From Candidatus Woesearchaeota archaeon (GTDB lineage Archaea > Nanobdellota > Nanobdellia > Pacearchaeales > GW2011-AR1): 47,380 nt of DNA. A program made the translations under genes and the position numbers. The notes under the pieces are model-generated. The model saw only the letters and a program-made list of their open reading frames with translations. It was not told the DNA's origin and did not search any database. The stretch spans positions 1-47,380 of the forward strand of contig CAZOOJ010000024.1 in assembly GCA_964581415.1 (NCBI GenBank). The letters run 5' to 3'. Positions 24,377-31,767 of the stretch are shown here, one piece after another; the first letter of the stretch is position 1, and the number at the start of each line of letters is the position of its first letter.

Positions 24377-25090
24377 TCATAAAACATTTTCTTCTCCAAC
24401 CTCCTTCAAAGCTTTTTTTTGAACTTCATATATTTTTTTTCTTGCTTTTTTTGCTAATTTAATAACTTCTTTTAATTCTTCTTTTGTAATTTTTCCATCC
24501 AGCTGAAGATGAGTTATTTCATCCTTACTGTTCATTGTTATAGGAATATCTGTTGCTCCTTCTCCCTCTTCCCAATCTTCTTCATATTTATTAACATCAA
24601 CAACCAACTGCTTATCAAGCTTACCTATAGATATACTCGATACAATATCTTTCATAGGAATTCCTGCATGAGCCAAAGCCAAAGCAGCTGCATTTATTCC
24701 TGCACATCTTGTAGAAGCATTTGCCTGTATTATATTTATATGAACATCAACAACCATATTTGGATATTTCTCAACATTTACAATTGGCTCTAAAGCCCAT
24801 TCTGTTATTTTGCTTATTTCAGAACTTCTTCTACTTGGACCAGGTCGTATTCTATCTGTAACAGAAAAGCTCAGCATTTCATAAGTACATCTTAAAGTTC
24901 CTCCTGCAGGATCCTGCTGATGCTGAGGATGCATTTTTTTAGGCCCATAAACAGCAGCAATAGCAATTGTATCTCCAAAAGAAAACATAGCACTTCCATC
25001 TGCGTTTGGTATTACTCCAACTTTCGCTTTCATTGGACGAATTTCATCATTTCTCCTTCCATCTGGACGTTTAAATTCTTTTGTAGGCAT
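24377..25090 (-). CDS. rrp41: Exosome complex exonuclease Rrp41 (RNase PH-like)
   Basis: RPDGRRNDEIRPMKAKVGVIPNADGSAMFSFGDTIAIAAVYGP ... RPGPSRRSSEISK. Confidence 0.9.
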   Translation of the reverse strand: MPTKEFKRPDGRRNDEIRPMKAKVGVIPNADGSAMFSFGDTIAIAAVYGPKKMHPQHQQDPAGGTLRCTYEMLSFSVTDRIRPGPSRRSSEISKITEWALEPIVNVEKYPNMVVDVHINIIQANASTRCAGINAAALALAHAGIPMKDIVSSISIGKLDKQLVVDVNKYEEDWEEGEGATDIPITMNSKDEITHLQLDGKITKEELKEVIKLAKKARKKIYEVQKKALKEVGEENVL

Positions 25091-25094
25091 TTTA

Positions 25095-25277
25095 TTATCT
25101 CCTCATTTTTGCTTTAAATATTTTAGATCTTTCATTAATTCTTTCTTTATATACCTCTTTTGGAGAATATGGATTATCTTTTGAAGGAATCTTTTTTACT
25201 AGCTCTCTAATATTTGACAATGAAAGTGAACTGATTATTGAATAAATTATTTTACCTGATAAATAATTTTCACTCAT
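25095..25277 (-). CDS. Hypothetical small basic protein (about 60 aa) between rrp4 and rrp41
   Basis: The ORF fills the 180-nt rrp4-rrp41 spacer. The ATG at 25277 overlaps the rrp4 stop by 8 nt. The track start at 25310 would overlap more. Confidence 0.4.
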   Translation of the reverse strand: MSENYLSGKIIYSIISSLSLSNIRELVKKIPSKDNPYSPKEVYKERINERSKIFKAKMRR

Positions 25278-25950
25278 TTTCTCCTCCATTCTTTTTAAAC
25301 CAATCTTCAACTTCCTCTGTTAATCCGGAAATAAAAGATTTTTCAGTAACAAAAATAATTGCTTTTTTTGCTTTTAATTCATCTTCTATTTTTTCTCCTT
25401 TAATCCATATTAGTCCATTTTGTCCCACTGTAATTTTGCATTCTGTTTTATCCTTTATTAAATTTATCATGCTTCCTTCTTTTCCAATAACTCTTGGAAC
25501 TTTGTTAGGATTTATTTTAAATATTATTCCTTCATCTATTTTTCCAAGCCCTTTTCCTTTTATTCCCAAATCAATTCCTCTGCGATTTATAATCTGAATT
25601 TTCGCAACAACCATATCACCTATATCCATAAAATCAGCTAATCCTTCTCTATTGAGATATTTTGGAACTTCAGTTAAAGATAAAAAAGCATTGTTTGCTG
25701 TATTAATATCAATTATCCATCCATGCATAGTTATATTTTCAACTTGCCCTATAATTATGTTTCCTCTTCTTGGCTGATAAGTTCCAGAAAGAGGTATCAC
25801 TTTAATAAGATTGTTTGTTTCTTCAGCTAATCCATATTTTCTTGCAAAAATCTTATCATTTTCTTTTTCAGTTCCTTCTCCTGGAAGATAATCTTCTCCC
25901 TCTGCGATAATTTCTCCTGGTATTACTATTTTTCTTTTATTTTCTGCCAT
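25270..25950 (-). CDS. rrp4: Exosome RNA-binding subunit Rrp4 (S1 + KH)
   Basis: IVIPGEIIAEGEDYLPGEGT, S1 region GNIIIGQVENITMHGWIIDI, KH region VPRVIGKEGSMINLIKDKTECKITVGQNGLIWIKG. Confidence 0.9.
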   Translation of the reverse strand: MAENKRKIVIPGEIIAEGEDYLPGEGTEKENDKIFARKYGLAEETNNLIKVIPLSGTYQPRRGNIIIGQVENITMHGWIIDINTANNAFLSLTEVPKYLNREGLADFMDIGDMVVAKIQIINRRGIDLGIKGKGLGKIDEGIIFKINPNKVPRVIGKEGSMINLIKDKTECKITVGQNGLIWIKGEKIEDELKAKKAIIFVTEKSFISGLTEEVEDWFKKNGGENE

Positions 25951-25951
25951 T

Positions 25952-26623
25952 TTATTCTTTTATCTCCTCTGTAATTGCGCTTCCATGAGTTATTGAATTT
26001 AATTTATCATAAAAATCCATAATTATTCCTGAAGGAATATTTCCAACTATATCTAAACTTCCATCATCAAGCCATTTTTCTTCTTCTTTATATTGACTGA
26101 CAATTCCATAAGCTTTTCCTGTATGAATTGCAGGAATATTAATTTTAATTTTTTTAGTTTCTATTTTTATTGGAAGAATTTTGCTTATTGCCTCTGTCAT
26201 TTCATTAATTTGATTTTCTATTGCTGTGTTTTTTAAAATAAATCCAGATTGTTCTAATGCTGATTTTATTCTTTCAAAAGAATGAGGTGTTCCACTCTTA
26301 GGATCCACAGCATTTTTTGATAAAAATTCAACTGCTTGTTTTTGTTTTCTTTCTTTTTCCTCATCTCTGTAATCCTGAGTCAGTAAAACTTCTCCTTCTT
26401 TTATTATTTTTTTTGCTATCTCATTAGTATTTAAAGTTCCAAAAGCTTCTTCTAAATCAGAAGGTGATGCTCTAAATCCTTTTTTAGAATCAGTAAAAAT
26501 TGAATCTCCCTCTGGAGAAATTTCATTAATCTCATCTTTTTTTAATTTCATTGCTTCATCTAAATTTACAATAATTTCAAAGTTCTTTCCTGATTTTTTA
26601 ATTCGTGCTGTTGTTTGATTCAT
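25952..26623 (-). CDS. SBDS/Sdo1 family ribosome maturation protein
   Basis: ARIKKSGKNFEIIVNLDEAMKLKK ... KKGFRASPSDLEEAFGTLNTNEIAKKIIKEGEVLLT. Canonical position between psmA and rrp4. Confidence 0.85.
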   Translation of the reverse strand: MNQTTARIKKSGKNFEIIVNLDEAMKLKKDEINEISPEGDSIFTDSKKGFRASPSDLEEAFGTLNTNEIAKKIIKEGEVLLTQDYRDEEKERKQKQAVEFLSKNAVDPKSGTPHSFERIKSALEQSGFILKNTAIENQINEMTEAISKILPIKIETKKIKINIPAIHTGKAYGIVSQYKEEEKWLDDGSLDIVGNIPSGIIMDFYDKLNSITHGSAITEEIKE

Positions 26624-26625
26624 TT

Positions 26626-26946
26626 TTAAATTTTTATTTTTTTAGGAAGTTTTAATTGTAGTTTTATTTCATTCTTTTTTAATTGATTTTCTAATCCTTG
26701 AATACACTTATCTAATTCTTCTAATGAGTTTCTATTAATTTCAGATAATTTATAGTTAAGCTCAATTAAACTTTCATTATCTTGTTTTAATTTTAAAGAA
26801 TTATAAGAATTTGTAATACCAAGTATTCCTAATGATACTGATGCTATGGCAATCACTCCAAAACCATAAATCACTCTACGAGGAGCAATAAAATTAACTG
26901 ATTCTGAAAGATAATCTTTAATTCTTCTAATGTTTTCTGATTTCAT
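26626..26946 (-). CDS. Hypothetical single-pass membrane protein with a coiled-coil tail, inserted between psmA and SBDS
   Basis: TM VIYGFGVIAIASVSLGILGI followed by a heptad-like LKLKQDNESLIELNYKLSEINRNSLEELDKCIQGLENQLKK. The start is placed at the Met one nt after the psmA stop. Confidence 0.5.
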   Translation of the reverse strand: MKSENIRRIKDYLSESVNFIAPRRVIYGFGVIAIASVSLGILGITNSYNSLKLKQDNESLIELNYKLSEINRNSLEELDKCIQGLENQLKKNEIKLQLKLPKKIKI

Positions 26947-26947
26947 C

Positions 26948-27667
26948 TTACAACTCCTTAATATCTTTTCCCTCAATTCTTTTTAATTTTTCTTCATCTT
27001 TTTTAATATAAACTAATTCAAAATTATCAATATTAAAGTCCTTTCCTTTAATTTCTTTAAAAATATCCAATGCAAGTTTAATTCCCTGTTTTATTGTTAA
27101 ATCTCTTTTATATTTCTCTCTTAATTTTTCTTTTATTTTCTCGTCATTTTCTCCTATTGCATTAGCATAATATGAAAAATAATTTCCTGTTATATCGCTT
27201 GTAAATAATTGCGGCTTTTTTTCATAAACTCCTGCCAACATTAATGAAACACCAAAAGGTCTTGCTCCTCCATACTGTGTAAATTGCTGTTTTATGTCTG
27301 AAATTGTTTTGATTATTGATTCTGGCTCTATTTCTGAATCGTAAGTTATTCTATGCTGCTGCGCTAACAACTGCGCTTTATCAATCAGAACTCTTCCATC
27401 AGAAGTAATTCCAGCAATACTTGAAATAATATGCGAATCAATCTCATAGATTCGATTTGAAGAATTTTCAGTTATAAGTGTATCTTTTATTCTTTTGTCA
27501 GCAATTATAAAAACTCCATCAGAACAAACCATTCCTATACTTGATACTCCTAATCTTACTGTTTTTTCAGCATATTCTACTTGAAGCAAGTGCCCTTCAG
27601 GAGAGAACATTGTCGCAGTTCTGTCATAGCCCATTGCTTGATGCTGCATATCCATTGATATATCCAT
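26948..27667 (-). CDS. psmA: Proteasome subunit alpha
   Basis: GYDRTATMFSPEGHLLQVEYAEKTV and overall 20S alpha architecture. Confidence 0.92.
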   Translation of the reverse strand: MDISMDMQHQAMGYDRTATMFSPEGHLLQVEYAEKTVRLGVSSIGMVCSDGVFIIADKRIKDTLITENSSNRIYEIDSHIISSIAGITSDGRVLIDKAQLLAQQHRITYDSEIEPESIIKTISDIKQQFTQYGGARPFGVSLMLAGVYEKKPQLFTSDITGNYFSYYANAIGENDEKIKEKLREKYKRDLTIKQGIKLALDIFKEIKGKDFNIDNFELVYIKKDEEKLKRIEGKDIKEL

Positions 27668-27959
27668 TTTAATTTAATCTCCTATTAAAGGAAATACTCA
27701 AAATCTTGAGAATTTTTAATTCTCGAGGCACCAAAAACCATAGGTTTTTTAGTGTTTTCAATCTTATTGTATCCATTTTACTAATATTAGAGAAGTTTAT
27801 AATAAATGTAAACTTTTTTTTTCTTCTCTTCCAAAATTTCAAAGTTGTAACTCTTTAAAAGGTTTTTGGTAACCGAAAATCTTGATTTGGAGTTATTTTT
27901 TCTCAGATTTCTCAATAGAATTATCTATTACTTTTTAAAATAATTTAAATTGAATCTAT

Positions 27960-28232
27960 CTAATTCCTTTCCAATCCCTTCAAAGTTCCACTCACTCTTT
28001 CAACTTCTATTTTTTCAGAAAAAACACAAAAAGAAGCGCGAATAGAATCAACCATATTCCTATTTACAGAAATAATTGCACTATTCTTACCTTTTTTAAT
28101 CCAGTTCAATCCTGTTTTTGACATTCCAAGCACACCAATAAACTCTAAAATAGCCTTCTCAATATTTTCTATTTTTCCTTTAACTAATAAATATCTTTTT
28201 TTCTCACGCATAGATGGCTTTAATGGTTTCAT
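27960..28232 (-). CDS. rnp2: RNase P protein component 2 (Pop5/Rpp14 family), short form
   Basis: LKPSMREKKRYLLV at the N-terminus and VSGTLKG near the C-terminus. Canonical position upstream of psmA. Confidence 0.75.
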   Translation of the reverse strand: MKPLKPSMREKKRYLLVKGKIENIEKAILEFIGVLGMSKTGLNWIKKGKNSAIISVNRNMVDSIRASFCVFSEKIEVERVSGTLKGLERN

Positions 28233-28607
28233 TTTATTATTAAAGATACGAATATTTTTATAAATATAAATTTAACTAAAATATGAATAAAGATTTTTTA
28301 ATAAAACAGTTTATAATTAATCATTATTATAGTTTATATAAGAGATTTAATAGATATGCTAGAATTTATGTTTGTGGAGATTGTTTTAATCAGAAAATAT
28401 AAAAGGTGCTCAGAGAAATTTTCACATTGTAATAATTATGATGAAAACATGCGTCTAGATGTTATTAAGAAAAGCGAATTAGATGATGGAACAGAAAGAT
28501 TAAATGAGAAATGTAAAATACTTCTAAAAAGTAGATTTTATTCTGATTATTAGATATATTCAATAACAAAAATATTTTCTAAAACATTTTTAAACTATTC
28601 TTCACTT

Positions 28608-28620
28608 AAGTTTATAAAGA
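28608..28620 (+). promoter_or_regulatory. Candidate TATA box for the RNase J gene (near-leaderless spacing)
   Basis: AAGTTTATAAAGA centred about 26 nt upstream of the ATG at 28640. Confidence 0.35.
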
Positions 28621-28639
28621 GAGTTTAAATTTTATAGAA

Positions 28640-29983
28640 ATGGAAATTTGCACAATTGGAGGATATGAAGAAGTAGGAAAAAATATGACTGCTGTAAAAA
28701 TTGGAGATGATGTTTTTATTTTTGATATTGGAACACATATTCCCTCTTTGATTGAATTACAAGAGCAAGAAAACCAAAAAACCTATTCAGTTAAAAAACT
28801 TCGAAGTGTAGGAGCTCTTCCAGATGATTTTATTCTAGACAAATTAGGATGGAAAAACAAAGTAAGGGCAATAATGGTAAGTCATGCACATCTAGACCAT
28901 GTGGGAGGAATTCCTTATTTAGCGCAGAGATATCCTCAAGCAGAAATTTTAGCAACACCATTTACAATAGCTGTTTTAGAAAAGATTTTAGAAGATGAAA
29001 AAATTAAATTAAAAAATAAAAGAAGGACAATTCCAGAAGATTCTATTATCAAAATAAAAGGGAAAAATGAGGATTATAAATTAGAATTCATTTCTGCAAC
29101 GCACTCTACACTACAATGTGCTTTTTTAGCATTACATACTAAAGAAGGAATTTTCTTTTATGCTCTTGATTTCAAATTAGATAATCATCCTGTAATAGGA
29201 AAACCAACAAATTACAAAAGACTTAGAGAATTAGGAAAAAAAGGAGTAAAAGCTTTGGTTGTTGATGCTCTTTATTCTGGAACTGAAAGAAGAACTCCAA
29301 GTGAGAGAATTGCGAGAAATCTTTTAGAAGATGCTTTTTCAAATGCAAGAGGAAAAAAGAATGCTCTTTTTGTATCAACTTTTTCTTCTCATATTGCAAG
29401 ATTAAAAAGCATAGTTGATTTTGGAATTAGAACAAACAGAAATATACTCTTTATTGGAAGAAGTTTGAATAAGTATGTAAATGCTGCTATAAAAGTTAAT
29501 AAATGTCCTTTTAAAAATAAAATAAAATTAATCAGTTATAGAAATCAGGTTAATTCCATATTAAAAGAAGTTGAAAAAGATAGAGGAAAATATCTTGTAG
29601 TTTGCACAGGACATCAGGCAGAGCCAGACTCTATGTTGGACAGAATTGTCCAAGGAGATACACCTTTTAAATTTAGAAAAGGAGATAATCTAATTTTTTC
29701 TTCAAAAGTAATTCCAACTCCAATAAACATAAGTGCTCGTGAAAGAATGGATAAAAGATTGAAAAAGATAGGTGTAAGAATTCAAACAGACGTTCATGTT
29801 TCTGGACATGGAGGAAGAGAAGATTTAAGAGATTTATTAGATATTTTAAATCCAGAAAATATAATTCCTGCTCATGGTTCAACTCATCAACTTATTCCTA
29901 TAGTGGAGTTAGCAAGAGAAATGGGATATAGTGTAGGAAAAGCATGTCATGTAATGCAGAATGGACAGAAATTAAAATTATAA
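28640..29983 (+). CDS. Archaeal RNase J-like beta-CASP metallo-beta-lactamase ribonuclease
   Basis: 447 aa. MBL motif MVSHAHLDHVGGIPYL. beta-CASP style motifs (VDALYSG, HVSGHGGREDL, IPAHG). No KH domains, unlike aCPSF1. Confidence 0.75.
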   Translation: MEICTIGGYEEVGKNMTAVKIGDDVFIFDIGTHIPSLIELQEQENQKTYSVKKLRSVGALPDDFILDKLGWKNKVRAIMVSHAHLDHVGGIPYLAQRYPQAEILATPFTIAVLEKILEDEKIKLKNKRRTIPEDSIIKIKGKNEDYKLEFISATHSTLQCAFLALHTKEGIFFYALDFKLDNHPVIGKPTNYKRLRELGKKGVKALVVDALYSGTERRTPSERIARNLLEDAFSNARGKKNALFVSTFSSHIARLKSIVDFGIRTNRNILFIGRSLNKYVNAAIKVNKCPFKNKIKLISYRNQVNSILKEVEKDRGKYLVVCTGHQAEPDSMLDRIVQGDTPFKFRKGDNLIFSSKVIPTPINISARERMDKRLKKIGVRIQTDVHVSGHGGREDLRDLLDILNPENIIPAHGSTHQLIPIVELAREMGYSVGKACHVMQNGQKLKL

Positions 29984-30071
29984 ATTTTAATTGATAATTT
30001 TTTATTATCTTAAAAAACTCCACACAAAACATTTTTTAAGTATAAACTTCTTATTTTAATAAAAGAGGAAA

Positions 30072-30434
30072 ATGACAAATGAAGATATTGTTGGAGGATT
30101 AAGGTCAGCTTTAGCAAGAGGAGAATCTCTAAGACAAGCAATGATGACTTTTTATAATGCTGGTTATGCAAAAGCAGATATTGAGTGGGCTGCAAGATCT
30201 CTTCAAATGAGAGAAGACTCTTATCTAAGAAAGATTGATTCTATTTCTAAGAAAATTCTTCCAAAAAAAATTTATAATCAAAAAGTTTCAAAATATGAAA
30301 AAAAACCTGCAATTCCAGGAGGAAGAATAGGAATAATGATGCTGATTATTTTGTTATCTATTTTATTATTAAGTATCATATCAATTATATTTTTTAAAGA
30401 CAGCTTAATAAAATTCTTTGATAGTTTTTTTTAA
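30072..30434 (+). CDS. Tail-anchored small protein with an N-terminal helical motif
   Basis: 120-aa ORF. N-terminal LRQAMMTFYNAGYAKADIEWAARSL. C-terminal TM GIMMLIILLSILLLSIISIIFF. Confidence 0.5.
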   Translation: MTNEDIVGGLRSALARGESLRQAMMTFYNAGYAKADIEWAARSLQMREDSYLRKIDSISKKILPKKIYNQKVSKYEKKPAIPGGRIGIMMLIILLSILLLSIISIIFFKDSLIKFFDSFF

Positions 30435-30482
30435 AAATTAAAAAGATATTCCACTAAAAAGATTATAAAAAAGAACAATCAA

Positions 30483-30492
30483 TTTTATATAC
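30483..30492 (+). promoter_or_regulatory. Candidate TATA box for mre11 (leaderless spacing)
   Basis: TTTTATATAC centred about 26 nt upstream of the ATG at 30513. Confidence 0.3.
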
Positions 30493-30512
30493 TCTTCTAC
30501 TTTTCCAAAAAT

Positions 30513-31673
30513 ATGGTAAGATTTGCTCATATTTCTGATGTTCATCTCGGAGGATGGAAGCAGAAGCCATTGCAGGATTTAAATTTTGAATCTTTTAAGA
30601 AAGCTGTGGATATTTGTATAAAATCCAAACTTGATTTTATTTTAATAGTAGGTGATTTATTTGATTCTGCTTATCCTCAGATAGAAATTCTCAAAAAAAC
30701 TTTCTCAGAATTTAAAAGAATAAAAGAAGCAAATATTCCTTGTTTCATCATAGCAGGAAGTCATGATTATTCTGTTTCAGGAAAGACTTTTCTTGATGTT
30801 TTAGAAAAGGCAGGTTTTTGCAAAAATGTAACAGACTTAGAAGAAAATGGAGAGATTATATTTTTAAATCCAACAATTTACAAAGGAGTTGCTATTTATG
30901 GTTATCCTGGAAGAAGATCTGGACTTGAAATTGCTGATTTAAGAAGAATAAAATTAAACGATTCTCCAGGAATGTTTAAAATTTTAATGTTGCATACTAC
31001 AATTGACAAAGCAAAAGGAAGTCTTCCTATAGATTCTATTGAAACAGAAGTTCTTCCAAAAGCAGATTATTATGCATTAGGACATTTACATATAGATTTT
31101 CAATATCAAAACTTTATTTATCCAGGACCGATATTTCCAAATAATTTTCAAGAATTAGAAGACTTAGAAAAAGGAGGTTTTTATATAGTAGACACAGAAT
31201 TAAACAATCCTCTACAGAAAATTGAATTAAAATTAAAGGAAATAGAATCTTTAAAATTTGAAATAAATAGCGCTTTGACTGCAACAGAAAAAATAATCTC
31301 AGAATTAAATAAAAGAGAATTAAAAGATAAAATAATTCTTCTAAGAATAAAAGGAGAATTAAAAGACAGTAAAAATTCAGATATAAAATTTTCTGAAATA
31401 GAAGAATTTGCTAAAAAAAAGGGAGCTTATTTTGTTCTAAGAAATACTCATGAATTAAAAACTAAAGAGCCTGAATTTGAAGTTGAGATTGAAAATGAGG
31501 AGAATATTGAAGGAGATACAATAAGAGTTTATTCAGAGCAGAATCCATCAAAATTTAATAATTTTATTCCGCAATTGATAAGTTCTCTTTCAATTGAAAA
31601 ACAAGAAGGAGAAACAACAGAAACCTTTTCAAACAGAGTTTTAGAAGAATCTAAAAAAATTCTGGAATTTTAG
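30513..31673 (+). CDS. mre11: DNA double-strand break repair nuclease Mre11
   Basis: Calcineurin-like phosphoesterase motifs FAHISDVHLG, VGDLFD, GSHD, GHLH. Confidence 0.88.
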   Translation: MVRFAHISDVHLGGWKQKPLQDLNFESFKKAVDICIKSKLDFILIVGDLFDSAYPQIEILKKTFSEFKRIKEANIPCFIIAGSHDYSVSGKTFLDVLEKAGFCKNVTDLEENGEIIFLNPTIYKGVAIYGYPGRRSGLEIADLRRIKLNDSPGMFKILMLHTTIDKAKGSLPIDSIETEVLPKADYYALGHLHIDFQYQNFIYPGPIFPNNFQELEDLEKGGFYIVDTELNNPLQKIELKLKEIESLKFEINSALTATEKIISELNKRELKDKIILLRIKGELKDSKNSDIKFSEIEEFAKKKGAYFVLRNTHELKTKEPEFEVEIENEENIEGDTIRVYSEQNPSKFNNFIPQLISSLSIEKQEGETTETFSNRVLEESKKILEF

Positions 31674-31767
31674 GAATATTGAAGACATATCTGTTAAGAA
31701 AAGAAAAAATTCAGAAAGAAGAAATTTTGCACAAAGCTCTTTAAGAATCATAAAAAATTAATTTAGA

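Noticed and set aside
23376-25597. Plus-strand ORFs 23376..23561, 23808..24110, 24509..24793, 24920..25117 and 25238..25597
   Set aside because: All lie antisense within strongly supported exosome genes (rrp42, rrp41, rrp4). Their products are low-complexity and hydrophobic, with no motifs.
28356-28553. 65-aa ORF in the Pop5 / RNase J divergent gap, and a possible C/D-box sRNA (atgatga at about 28439, ctga at about 28545)
   Set aside because: The ORF has no signal, motif or coupling to neighbours and may be chance. For the sRNA idea, the C and D boxes are about 100 nt apart, and no proper D'/C' pair or terminal stem is visible. This does not fit archaeal C/D sRNA architecture.
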